From: Octopus vulgaris
Lineage: Eukaryota
Assembly: GCA_951406725.2 (NCBI GenBank)
Contig: OX597820.1
Location: forward strand, 22,630,001 to 22,694,000
Direction: 5' to 3'
DNA: 64,000 bases
Numbering within the stretch: position 1 is the first letter of the stretch; the number at the start of each line of letters is the position of its first letter. Position numbers and translations under genes: made by a program. This document shows, piece after piece, positions 24,408-38,137 of this stretch. Below the pieces are notes generated by a model. The model searched no databases. It was not told the DNA's origin and worked only from the letters and a program-made list of their open reading frames with translations.

Positions 24408-27400
24408 GTATATATAGTATACCTCATGTGTACAGTTAGCTGTACACCTGCTACTGTTGAATTTAGATCTCTACATAGATTATCATCATCCAGTCTACTT
24501 TCAGTATAGTGGCTTGATCACTACCATACCTACATGTATAACTGGTTATGACATACAGAGTAAATGGAGGAGAAATTATGATAAATACAAGTTATATCAT
24601 TTGTTCCCTACGTTTCACTATTGTAGTTGTTGTGGTTAAGCATCCAATACAGAAGTTCCAAACAACCTCAATGGTGAAACATATGTAGGGTACAAATAAT
24701 ACAAACTTGTGTTTATTACAATTCATCCTATACACTCACACAGACACACACATGTATTTCATGTGTATATGCATGTGGGTTTTTTTGTTACACACAATGA
24801 TTATTTTTTACATATGCATGACACCTCAGATTTACAGGCAAGATAAAATGCCATGTGGTGGCATTCATTTTAACCACCTCCACATGGCAGTACTGATGTA
24901 AGCCATAGCACTGCAACTGAAGATTGAAATCCCCAAGAACCAAGGAGCATCAGCTGATTGAGAACTTACTGCTTGCATCAGTGCTTGTCACTTATACACA
25001 CACATGGGGACAGCTAGCTGGAGTTTCATAGGTGTACATGCGAGTGTTTTCATATAAATGAAAAGGAATTTATATCTACAGGGCTTTTTAAAAGTTCTTC
25101 AAATTCAAAAACGTACAACATATGACCAATGGTCAGCCACAGTTGAAACTGGTTACCAATGACATAGATCTTGCTTTGTCTTATTAACAAACAACCTTTC
25201 ACCCTTGGAGCCACAAGATTTTATTAAGATCTTTCCTTCCTGTTTGATTCTGCAAGGGAACTGGGTGGGCTGGGACCACAAGCAAACAAATAAATAGAGT
25301 AAATAAATAAGGTCTCTGCTGAACTTGGCTGCTGTCCTTCCATTCATAATACAATCATAGGAATACATGGCTTTCATTCCTCTTCTTAAGGAAAGGGATG
25401 GTAGGAAGGGAGGGGCTCTAGGATACCTTTCTAACAAACAACTTGCTATATATTTACAAATATCTGTATGAACAAAGGGCATGTATGTATATATGAATGT
25501 ATATAGCTGAGCTGTGGCAGTGAGCTATGGGATAATCAAAGTTGAAAAAAAAAAAAGGAGATTTTAAGAAGAAGAAAGGAGATGGTTTAAAAAGAGAATC
25601 AAGAAAAAGAAAAATGAGGGAGAGAGAGAAAATAGTAAATAAGGTGAAGAAATGAAGACCAAATGTGATTTGATTAAAGCAAAGGTAACAATAGATAGCA
25701 GCAAAATTAGATGGATTTAAAATGACGAAATAAAATAAATTATTAGATCTCTTTTATATACATGTTGATACTATCAATGTCAACCTTTACCAGATGTCTT
25801 CCTGGTGAATCTGTAGCAGTGTTGGAGACTTTATTTTTTTATGATTGTACCAAATTTTCTAAATGAAGTTTAAAGGATTAAGCATTTTTTTTGTTGCTTT
25901 GTTGGAAAGAAATAAAAGAGTGATTTTTTGAAATTTTATTTTTTGTACCTTCGCTCTCACTGAATGGGAAATCTCTCAAGCTTGTTATAAATAATAATGA
26001 TGATGGTGATGATGATATGATAAGCAAACAATGTTACTCAAAAAATTACCAAAAAAAAAAAAAACAAAAACCCAAAAGCCCAGATGTATCAGAAGATAAC
26101 TGAAAAACTAGGTTTATGTTAATGACGAAAGATTTTCATGATTGATGGATAATTGTGAGTAACAGACTTTAATAATGGAGCAGAAGTCCAACAGAATAAT
26201 TGATGACCCAAAAACTGGACACATTGAGTGACGACTAGGTTTAAAGGAATCTCAATATTCAGTTAGTTTTCTGGCAATGACTAGCTGGACAATATAGGAC
26301 TGGTTGTCTTAGGATTTAGGACTGAAAGGCCTGTAATCTAAGTAGCCAAGACATTAATGATGAACGCATATTAAATTAACTGCTAATTGATTAATTAATT
26401 AATTATAAACACTCCTGAGAGTAAATATTGCTTGGAACAGTGCAGTCAGATTTTTTTTTTTTTAAATAAAAGCTCACTTCTGAATATGTAAAACTGATGA
26501 TTTAAGAATGACATGGGAGAGGGGGAAAGAAAAAAAGAAAAAAGAGAGAGAGAGAGGGTAGTTTGTGTGAGCCCTCCAAGTGAAGAAGTATCTGAACTTA
26601 GAGTCTGTTTGAGCAATATTCAGTGATATGCAAAAGCAAATGGCAACAAATTTGAGTGTGGCCAAACAAAGGAGTAGGTGAAAGGTTTATAATAACTTAG
26701 GAAAACAAACTGTTAAGCCTTTCCTGAAAGAATACCCTGACTTTTTTTTTTCTAGAAACAAATCGAGACAGAAGCCATGACACTTAAAGTTTGTATGCTA
26801 CCTGTAAATAGCTTCTCGACATTTGTTTAAAGGTAATATAAACAGAATTGAACTAAGAACAAGTACATATATTTAATAAACCTGTCTCTCACTATACACG
26901 TGTCTCTCATACATACAATACATCTACATTTTTCTTAACACCACTATAACTACTTAATTAATTAAAATACTTAAGCTACATAAGCAGGTTGTAAAACAGC
27001 AATAAATACACATATCAGGTTACTTTCTTAACACATCAATCTTTCAAATTAGCCGAGACTCAAATATATTTTAGAAGTAATTGAAGAAACACAAGAAGCA
27101 GCAGCAGCAGCGTACAGTGAAAGAGAGAGTCTTGTCAATACCAATTTTTAGGGAGTCCAAAGAGTCTAAACAATTGCGAATAAATTAACTGAATAAATTA
27201 CAGTATAAATATTTTAAATGAAGAAAACATGGGATGGTGGTGGTTGTTGTTGTTTAACCCCAGGTAAGTCCTGCACCACTTCAGCAGATCTATGATCAAG
27301 AGTATTCATGTCTTGATCATTCTGTCTGCTTTTTCTATGCGCAGGAAGGGAATCTGGGACCACATTGTGCAATGCATCCTTTTTTTTTTTTTTAGATGGC

Positions 27401-29768
27401 GATTTGGCTGCTATTTCTAACAGGTTAAGTGACCAAGGGATGTTCAAATGAGATAAGAACACTGTGAGTGACCCTTCAAGTATTGGTGAATAACAGACTT
27501 TGACAAAGATTAGCTTACAACCCTTTTAAGAGAGCATATCATCTTGGTGGTTACAAATGTCAATAGGTCCTTGTCCCACCCCCCTAAAAAAAAGGGACAC
27601 CAAAACTTTAGATGGATTCCAAAATGACAAGGTTTTGCATACATGTTGGTATTGTGAATAACGATAATAATAATAATAATAAAAAGCAACCCCACCCCTC
27701 ATGATAGTTTAAATTATGTGGGTTTTGTGAAGAGCTGTGATGTCAACCGGCTAAGCTATAGATCATCATTACCATTTTTCCGAGCACAAAAATGGTAATA
27801 GCATGGAATAGCATGTTGTTACGAAAAGTTCTTTATTAGAAAAGAAACGTGCAACAACCAGTTGGAGTTTAACTGTTAAAATAGCTCTTTTCAAATTCTT
27901 GTAGGAAAGTTCATTTTTATATTTGGGGACCATACAATCAGAGATACTTGACAGAATGCTTAGATTTTGGGATGTTAGGATTTCTTCATTTTCCTTTAAA
28001 CAAACCTCATTTCCTATCCTGAAGTATCATACTGGCTTTGGTTTATTATTATTGAATATTCACAAGAGAGAGGTAAAATGAGAAACAAAAAATATCAGTA
28101 AAATATTTTGTGAAATAAAATAAAGTTTTGTATGGTACATTAACAGAGAAATTAAACAACTTGTCTCTTATTTACAAGTGAAAAGTAAATTATTCTTTTC
28201 CTATCCACACACACACACAGACATGAAATACAGACCACAAGAAAGAGTTGTAATATCACCTGCAGGATTCAAGTGCCGTATCTGTTGTAAACTACATAGC
28301 CGTGCTAACCACTACACCAAAGTGCCAAGACAACTTTTTACCATCTACATTAGTAGATTTAAACAACTACGACATATTTTACATATATATATATATATAT
28401 ATATAAACAAACACATAAAAACACATATATTCATTCTTCAGTTTTCCCATACTAGTATGGGTTGGACAAATAAACTACTGAGGCATTATTTTAAATACAC
28501 ACATACAAAACAATTTTTCCTTTCTCTTATCCTTCTATCAGTCTTTCTCCACATTTTCAATTATTATTGAAGAACAGATATACCTCACCACACTGAAGCT
28601 GTACACTGTGCTATTATAGATCAACAAAGATAAGAGGGAAAGCATAATTTACTATATACACACACACACACACAGATATACAATACAGCTAAAAGAATAT
28701 GCCAAAAGGCATGACATATTACCAAAGAGTATGGGCATAGTAGATCAGTTCTACACTCAACTCCTATCTCCAATACAAATCAGACATTAGACAGTCTTCA
28801 TAACTCCAGATAGGCCAGAATGCAGAGTCTGTGTGCTATATACAGAAAAGGAATACTAATAAAAAAAAATTGGTATTAATGACTTAATGTACACATGCTT
28901 TGTGACATTGGTAGACATGAATTATGTGAGCATTAAATTCAGTTAAGAGAACAAGTGCCACTGGTATTACTGGTATTTTTTGCCAAGTAATGCAAATGAA
29001 TGAGATGGTCCGCATTTTGTCATATAACTGGGCTTTATACTCATATAACTGATGTCTGCCAATCTCACAAAATACATGTACATTATGGTGAGTCCATAAG
29101 GAGCATAGGACTGGGTTCCTGGTTTCTCTGGCATATATACTCTTCCCTAGGTGGGATGCCAGTCTGTTGCAGGTTTACTCATTTTTAGCAGCTGAGTGAA
29201 CTGGAGCAACATGAAATGAAGTGTTTTGCTCAAGAGTACAATGCATCATCTACTCCTGGAATCAAAACCACAATCTTACGATCATGAGTCCAACACCCTA
29301 ACCACTAAGCCATGCGCCTCCACCTACATATACATTATGCAAGGCATTAATACCGACTATGTTTTTCCTGCGTTTCTTTTCTATATGTATATACAGGTAC
29401 ACACACAAATGAAGTTAACCAATTAAAAAGAAAACAAACAAACCAAAAGAAAAAGGAAAAAAAAATTCCAACAAAATCAGATTAAAATTCATAAAGAAAA
29501 AAATTTCTGACAAAATACAAAAAAAAAAGAAAATGGAAAAAGATGAATAAGCAAATGAAAGGATTACTAACAATGTCCTTTTGGATAGGGAATAGTAAAA
29601 TGCACTGGATTTATAATGGAGATTGAATTAATTGAAAGATTAAAGCAGCTGTAATAATAAAAACAATTTTTAAAACTTCTCTAAGCACCAATGATTTAAA
29701 AGTTCCATTCTATCATATTTTATTAATAATAATAATAATAATAATGATAATAATGATGATGATGATTA

Positions 29769-30214
29769 TGGTTTCAAATTTTGGCATAAGGCCAGCAATT
29801 TCAAAGGAGGGATAAATCTATTACATCAATCCCAGCGCACAACTGGTATTTATTGTATGGGCCCTGTAAGAAGGTAGAGTCAACCTATGTGGAATTTGAA
29901 CTCAGAATGTAAAGACAGACAAAATACCATACCATTAAGCATTTTGTCCAGTGTACTAACAATTCTGCCAGTTCATCACTCTAATAATAATAATAATAAC
30001 AGTTTCAAATGTTGGTGCAAGGCCAGCAATTTTAAGGGGGGGGGAGGGTTAGTTGATGCCCCAACTCCAGTATGTGACACTTATTTTATCGACCCTGAAA
30101 GGACGAAAGGCAAAGTTGACCTGGGTGGAATTTGAAAGCAGGACATACAGAGCTGAATAAAATACCACTAAGCATTTCACATCTGCACTAAAAATTCTGT
30201 TAGCTTGCCATCTT

Positions 30215-30263
<49 letters not shown>

Positions 30264-30970
30264 CAATCCTTTCTACTGGAAGCACAAGGCCTCAAATTTG
30301 GGGGAAGGGATCAAGTCAATTACATTGATCCCCAGTACGTAACTGGTACTAATTTTATCAACCCCGAAAGGATGAAAGGCAAAGTCGACTTCGGCGGAAT
30401 TTGAACAGACAAAATAACGCTAAGCATTTCGCCCGGTGTGCTAACAATTCTGCGAGCTTGCCGCCTTTTTGATAATAATAATAATAAATAATTATATAAA
30501 CAACTTCTTACATAGGCACAGTGCCTCAAATTTGGGGAAGAGGAGGAGAGACTAGTCAACTATATATCAATTCCAGTATTTCACTGGTACTTTATTTTAC
30601 TGACGTGACCCCCAACCCCCACTGCCAGAAGGATGAAAGCCAAAGCTGATTTTGATGCAATTTGAATTCAGAAACATGAAAAATGCTGGAAGAAACTACC
30701 ACAAGGCATTTCATCTGATATTCTAATGATTCTGCTAATAATAATAATAATGATAATAATTAGGCACAAGGCCAGCTATTCTGAAGGGAGGGAAGGGTTT
30801 AGTCAATTGCATCGACCCCTAGTACCTGACTGGTATTTATTTTATTTCCCCGCCATTTGCAGAGGGAAGAAAAGTGAACCTGACCATGGAAGGGTTTGAA
30901 TGTAAAAGCCAGAAAATATACCGCAAGGTATTTTTGTCTGATGCTGTAACGATCCAGCCAGCTCGCTGCC

Positions 30971-31006
<36 letters not shown>

Positions 31007-31460
31007 GTTTAAAATTTTGGCACAAGGCCAGCAATTTTTGGGAGGTAGATAAGTTGATACACTGACCTCAGTGTTCAAACTGGTACTTATCTATTGACCC
31101 CCCCACCCCCAAAGGATGAAAGCAAAGTCAACCTCGGGAGCATTTGAACCCAGAATGTAAAAGATGGATGAAATGCCGCTAAGCATTTTGTGCAGTGTGC
31201 TAATGATTCCGCCAGCTCACCAATAATAATAATAATAATAATAACGGCTTCAAATTTGTTTGGCACAAGGCCAGCAATTTCAGAGGAGGGGTAAGTTTAT
31301 TATATCAATTTCAGTATTCGAATGGTGCATTTATTCTTTTAATCCAAAAGGATGAAAGGCAAAGTCGACCTCGACAGAATTTGAACTCAGAACAAAAACA
31401 GACGAAATACTGCTAAGCATTTTGTCCGGTGTGCTAATGATTCTGCCAGCTTGCCACTTT
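29769..31460 (-). mobile_element. Head-to-tail array of seven MetaSINE-like (family B) copies separated by (AAT)n
   Basis: Copies at about 29769-29982, 30001-30216, 30267-30470, 30503-30737, 30761-30972, 31006-31222 and 31246-31460, all in the same orientation. Confidence 0.88.
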
Positions 31461-33693
31461 ATAATAATAATAATAAATTTAATGTTAGTTGTAATTACAA
31501 CATCTTTCTGTTTTATTATTACTATCATCATTATTTTAATTATTAATTACCGAGACTAGAAAACAAAGTGTGTTAAAGTTTTGAATGGTTTTGATATAGG
31601 TAGGAAGTTTTTCATTTTGTTTTGTTGCTGTTATTTTTTATCTCCATTTTATTTATTATTATTATTATTTTTTTCGCTGCTGCTAGTCACATAAACTACA
31701 CGCTTCTCTGTTAAAAGGTACATGAGAGCAAGAAAGGGGGAGGAGGTAGAGGAAGAGGAGAGAATGAGTGATGGAAGAAGAAGAAGAAGAAAATAGAAGG
31801 GAAAAAAAAGGTAAAAGTAAACAGAAGGGACAGCCTATATATTTGATGTTGGGGATTCATTCTGTCTCCTCTTGGAATGTTCCTTTGTTCATTGAAAGGA
31901 AGAGAGGTGGAAATTTCTGGAAATGAAAAAAAAAAAAGAAGAAGCAAAAAAGGTTGTTGTTGTTGCAGTTGCCTGTTATGTTTACTGGGTGTTGAATAAC
32001 GTTATATGTAATGCTTAGGGTATTGGATTTCCAGATTGTTGTTGTTGCTGTTGTTGTTGTTGTCGATAACTGATTGAATTTATTGAAAGAGTAACGTTTC
32101 AAATGTAATGGTTTTTTTTTCTTAATTTTTTTTTTTCCATTTTTTTTTTCGGTGCTGAAATGAGTCTAGTTTACAATTCTCTAACAGTGCATATTTACTT
32201 CACAAGAGCTAAAAAACAACAAAGTCACATGTAGCAGTGACTAAACTAATACAGTAAAGTAAGTCTAGATGGATTTTTTTTTTTTGTTTCAAAGAAATCA
32301 TTTTTTTTTTGTTTTTGAAATGTTTTTAAAGTTTTTAAAAGGTATCTAATAATACTTTTGTCATTATAAACTGGCGATCAGGATCTGCTAGGTACATGAT
32401 GATGGGTTTCAAATCCCTTCAAAAAGTACTCTATAATACACTATACATACCCCCATTCCAATTCAACTGTCTGAAAAGTTCTTTTGTTCTTTTTTAAATA
32501 TTATTATTATCATCATTATTATTTTGTAGTTCTTTTTCTTCTTTTATTTTTCCAGTTTTATTTCATGGAATAGTTGTGATATAACCATTTTTGTTTGTTT
32601 GCTTGTTATATTTATCTCTCTCTTTTTCTTTTTTTTTTTTATCACGCAAATTTGCAAATACTAGTAACACGAGCTCCTCACACAATGTGCAGAAGCAATG
32701 AGGCGGTATATGAGAAGCGGGCTGCTTGGATGTCAACACAGTTGACGAGGTCGGCCCACTATTAACAGACAAATAGACGGACAGCTATATGAGTATTTTT
32801 TTTTTGTTTTCTTTGAATGCAAGAGATTTCTTTCAAGACAAATGAAATGAAATGGAAAAATTTTTTTGGAAAAAAAAAAAAAAAAGATTTTCTCCATTAA
32901 ATATGGACGACAACACCTGCTGTCACGTACGATAGTTAGAGCATGCATACATCCACACATCCACACATTCGTACAACCTCCTTTGCACAGGCAAACATGC
33001 ATGTATGTACAGATACATGTGAATGCATACAAACATGCATGGATGCTTAAGTGCATGATGGTAATGTTTCTTTTTCTTTTTTCTTTTATTTTTCCATTTA
33101 TTTATTATTTTTTATACAGTTGCTCATATAAGTACGTACATCACAGCACATCCACGTTGCAATATAGAAAAAATGGGACAAATCAAAATTGCACTAGCTC
33201 AACTAGCGAAATGGGTCACTTAGCAGACGGACCTTACTGCCTTATCGGACCCTGGAATTAGTGATGTGGCACAACGGGAGGAGAGAAAAAAAAAAAGGGG
33301 AAAAAAAAAAGATGTTGGTATTATTTGTTGACTGCTTCCAGAAATGAGAAGTTGTTGTTGTTGTTGTTTGATCAATCAGTTTTGGAACAGTCCCAGCAAT
33401 TTTGACTTGAAGCAGTGTTGGTTGGAGGGTGAGATGCCAGTATGGCAAAGATATGGGGTTTTATAGGCACTGCCCTGATTATTACCCACAGACTGACCAG
33501 AGGTCAACTTGCTGTTGACAGCAGGATTAAAAGTGGGTGCATGTTTTCTTTTCACCAACATGTAGGCCATCACCACCACATTGGACACAGCAGTTTCAGG
33601 TTGGAAAAAAGACAGTCTGTGACCCTGCATGCAGATCGGCTACTGTCTAAAAACCTAGCATGAATAAACCGTAATAAGTACACATAGATATGA

Positions 33694-33966
33694 TCAGTAG
33701 TTGCGCATATTTTCTGTGGTCCGGCGAGACAATGACGAAGGATCAGGTCCTCGCCGGGTCCGCTGGGGTGACTGTTGCTGTCCTGCAAATGATTCCCCTG
33801 TTGTTGTTGTAGTAGTAGTAGTAGTTGTTGTTGTCGTAGTGGTGCTTGTTGATGCTGGTGTTGCCGACTCAACAGTTTCTTCTGTGGAACCTTCACGGCC
33901 TTTTGTATCCTTAGTTTTGAATTTTTTACGCCAAGATGGAGCACGTCTGAATTTCCCACCTTCGCC
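33694..33966 (-). CDS. PPFIA: liprin-alpha terminal coding exon (C-terminal tail)
   Basis: Long pyrimidine tract and ccag|GGC acceptor, phase 0. Translates GEGGKFRRAPSWRKKFKTKDTKGREGSTEE...(T)15...RRTTENMRNY*. FRRAPSWRKKF is the conserved post-SAM3 liprin-alpha motif. Confidence 0.92.
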   Translation of the reverse strand, partial: GEGGKFRRAPSWRKKFKTKDTKGREGSTEETVESATPASTSTTTTTTTTTTTTTTTGESFAGQQQSPQRTRRGPDPSSLSRRTTENMRNY

Positions 33967-35197
33967 CTGGATTCAAAAATGGAACAGGAAAAAAAAAAAA
34001 AAAAAAAAAAAGGAAAAGAGAAAATGATATAAATTTATTAATATTTTTGCAACAAAATGAATGACAGTGTTTAAATGTAAAAGATGCTGTAAAAGAAAAA
34101 AATTAAATAGATTAAAAAAATATGATAATAGCAACAAACTATATGTTGTAGAGAAGTGAATGACTTCGACGATGAAGAAGGAAGCAGCCAGTTTTCATCT
34201 CTGATTACTGAACAAGAAGCTACATCATTAACTAGACAAATTTTCGTAAACAAATAAGAAATAAAAGTTCCTTATGTTTGTCATTTTTTTTATTATATTT
34301 AGAAGATAACCGAAGATAGCAATGCAACATGTGAACAAATTTATTTTAACAAAGAATGTAAGGAGCTCTGTTACCAAGTGATGAGAAAAGAACCTCTAGT
34401 TAAGTACAATATGAAAATATTTGACAAAGAAAACTGATTCCAACTAATATAGTAAATGTATATGTAAAAGGAACAGAATGAGTTTCTGTCTAATAACACA
34501 CGCACACACACAAATTATATAGAAAGGAAAATAATCTTAAAGACATTCAAAAGATAGCCTGACAGCTAAATTAGTTGGAAGGTAACAATATAATAAACAG
34601 GAGACTTTTGATTGATTGATTGGAGGAAAAAGAAAAAGAGAGAGAGAGAAGCAGTGCTTGGGTAGGAGTGAGTAAGCCTCATCATTTTCTAATTTCTAAA
34701 ACCTAAATTAATCAATCACTGTACCAAATTTACCCCCAGTTCAATGTCACAATTGATGAAACATTCAATATATGAAAGTTTTCAATATTCCTGTGATGTT
34801 CATTTCTTCTATTTTAAGATGTGAATTACCATTTCCATAGCTTTGTTTTGTAACAAACTCCCACACACATACACTGCACACCCCAAGAACCCTGAAGATC
34901 CTTCCAAGAGCTTTCTGATTTACAGAGCGCATCAGAAAAATTTCCCCTATTTTATATGGCTATTGTTGTGGCACTAATGAAGTTAGGCAAGTGGCAATGG
35001 TGTCTGCATGTAGCTAATGTTTTACCATTTTCTTTTACAGTTACTATCATGGTTTGGACCAGTATGCTCCGTGTTTGCTGTTGAAACATTTACCAAGAAG
35101 GGTGAATGAGAGCAGTTTCTTTTTGCAGCACTTTAAACGTTCAGAAGAGGTGGGCAGACTTTCAAATGGATTGAGATTTGATTAAGATACTAATTAT

Positions 35198-35437
35198 TTC
35201 CTTTTGCATTTAAACCAGCAATATCTAGCCCAAATACTTTATTTTGCTTTAAGTTCAAACTGCCCAGATCCAACCTCTTACACCTACCCTACAATGCCAT
35301 TCTAAAAATATACAATCACATCATCAAAATCTCAAAGCTATGAGGTAATGCATGACTAATTCAAAACAATGTGAATAAATACCTGTTACGTTTAACAGAG
35401 TAATTTGAATGCAGAAGGATTTACAAAAGGGTTTAAG
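35198..35437. mobile_element. MITE family M2, degenerate
   Basis: Internal ACCTACCCTACAATG...AAAGCTATGAGGTAATGCATG is shared with 2640-2857. Confidence 0.7.
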
Positions 35438-36045
35438 TGAGTTTCATTAAATCTCCCAGTCACCTATGGTTTTATTTTATTTCCTTTTTCAAAAGGTGAA
35501 TGAATTTTTAAAGCTAGATATCATACAATTCAATGCAGAGCCTGAACCATCCAAGATTCTGATCCACCTACACTGAATTCAATCATTTACTTTCCAAATA
35601 TTCTTTACTTTTTACTCACCACAAACTTAGCCTTTACCAAGCCACAACCTCTAATTTGATAAAATTATCTGACTATTCCCCGATCAAGGCAGCACTCTTA
35701 ACAGCTTTCCATTTCTTCAAGTCATCTAAATGGTCACAATTTTGTAAAAACACTTCTGACCAATAGCTGTAAATATTCTTCACTTTCTAACCAATATAAT
35801 CTTCTGAAGTATGTTCTACTACATCACATTCCATATTGAAATCCAATGACACCCAACACTCCAAAACCCCAAGAGCTTCACTCACAGCTAAACACTGCTT
35901 ACAACATTTGGAATGAGTTACATTCCATCTCAAGCTAAGAGGCATTAACATGAGTTGACACAGGAGCCTCCATGCCCAAGAAATCTTCTTTAGATTTTAT
36001 TTTATGATCTTAAGAGACATTTACTCACTACCATATGCAAACTCA

Positions 36046-36079
<34 letters not shown>

Positions 36080-36769
36080 GCATAAAAATCTCTAAGATAA
36101 GTTCCCCATCCATCTCTTATTTCTCCAATCAGAAATTTCCTGTTGATTGCCCTCTCTCTCTCACCCCACTCCAACCTATTCTATCAAATTTACTGCTCCA
36201 TAAGGTTGTCTACTATACTCATAGTTATATAACAACAGACACATATACACACGAATCCACTCTTCATCCTTAAATAACCTGCAGTACCTAGACAGACATC
36301 TTATGCTAAACACTGTACAAATTACCTAGATATGTCAAACATTGATAATTTTCATGAATACAGACCCCCAACAGCATCCTCCAATAGGGAAAAGACAAGC
36401 TAATCTACTTTGATAAAACCAAAACATAATTACCATACATAGCAAGGAAACCTTTTTGAATTACACTAACCATTTGCACGCATAGCATACAACTAACGCT
36501 TGTAAGGTGATTACAAATACTAGAGCTTTTCTAATGATACCAAACTCACAAGGGCCTTTCTGATGATCACACACATATAACACTGTCAAAAGTGCATCTT
36601 AAAAACTAGAATCTCTCTTTCAAATGAGACAAATCTTAGCACAGCTCCTGTATCTATGATGGTGATGTGGTTACACACAAAGACCAAATCCAAAACAAAA
36701 AAGCAATTCGGCTGATTGGTAACAAAACATTCGACAATAAAGGTGCTATTTCAAGGTGACACATTCGTA

Positions 36770-37430
36770 GGGGTGGAGTATAGTTGATTAAATTGACTCC
36801 TGTAAATGACAGGTTACTAGTTTTATTGACTCTGCAGAGATGAAAGATAAACTTGACTGTAATAGGGTTTCAACTCAGAACATAAGGAAATAAAATCTTG
36901 TATTATACTGTCTCTGCCACTCCTCTGTTTAATGATAAGAATTTTTTCAAATTCAAGCACAAGGACAGCAAGTTTTAAGGGTGAGGAAGCAGCTAGTCAA
37001 TTCATCAAACCTAGGTACTTTAATTGATGTTTGACAGGATTTGAACTCAGAATGTAACAAGCTGTAACTAAATACTACAAGGCATTTTGTCTGATGCTCT
37101 CATGACTCTGCTAACACACTGCCCTCTGTCCAATAATAATGGTTTCTTTCATGAATACAAGATTGCAAATTTTTTTTTTTTTAGTTGAGTCAAATTATAT
37201 TGATGCCAGTATTTGAGAGGTAATCAGTGAACCAACCCTTGAAAGAATGAAATGTAAATCACTTTTTATTTTGATAAAGAAAAGTCACAAGGTGAAATTT
37301 CAAAGAGGAATAAGCACCAGTACATACACGCACACATGTGCACACACATACATACATACATACACAGACTGGTGCTTATTTTACTAAACCTGAAAGCATG
37401 AAAAGCAAAGTCAACCCTGGCAAGAATAAT
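36770..37430 (-). mobile_element. Older degenerate cluster of MetaSINE-like fragments
   Basis: Repeated GATGAAAG...AACTCAGAA and GCACAAGG segments separated by AAT units. Confidence 0.55.
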
Positions 37431-37966
37431 AATCATAACAACTGAATGAAAAACAAAGAGATACAGCAGCAATGGAAAGAAAAGATCAATAACAACTTGA
37501 ATATGAAATCTAAAAGAAAAGCCTTCTAAATCTACTTTGTGATCATGCAAACACACACACACATACATTTAGAACAAATTTTTTAAAAATACAAACAAAC
37601 AAACAAACAAACAAGTGGGAAAATTTATTTTACTAAATCCACTTTCTGGAAAACCGTTTAGTCCAGTCACCTCAAAATTCACAGAGCTGCATCTGAATTT
37701 TATTCTAAAGAAAAGCCAACTAAATTAATAAAATAAAAATTTTAAAAAAAGGTTCTAATAAACAAGCATAAATAATACATATGTTAACAAACACCAAAGG
37801 AAGAATTGGGCAGAAAGAACTGAAAATTTTTTTAAAAAAACCAAAAAAAAAAGAATCATGCTTAAAACAGAAACCCCCACACATACCCACTAACAATAGA
37901 AAACAATATTCCCTAGAATATGCAATAATAATGTACTTATACAAACACACACAGACACAAACACCT

Positions 37967-38137
37967 TTAACCATTTAGCTAGATCTGGTCACTCACACCT
38001 ACCCTACAATGTAATTCTAAAAATAAATAATCACATCACTGAAATTCTGAAGCTATGAGGTAATGCAGGATTAATTCAAAACAATGGGAATTATAAGCAT
38101 TACATTTGACTGAGTAGTCTGAATGCTTAAGGGTTAA
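37967..38137. mobile_element. MITE family M2 with internal deletion
   Basis: TTAA-CCATTTAGC...AATGCTTAAGGG-TTAA. Confidence 0.75.

Noticed and set aside
33694-33696. UGA as selenocysteine
   Set aside because: No SECIS element could be recognised by eye and liprins are not known selenoproteins; readthrough or editing is the simpler hypothesis.
33701-34027. 108-aa plus-strand ORF with poly-Val and poly-Lys
   Set aside because: It is antisense to the liprin poly-Thr exon and its polypyrimidine tract.
35540-36000. Possible ancient CR1/L2 LINE fragment
   Set aside because: Too degraded to recover diagnostic motifs by eye.
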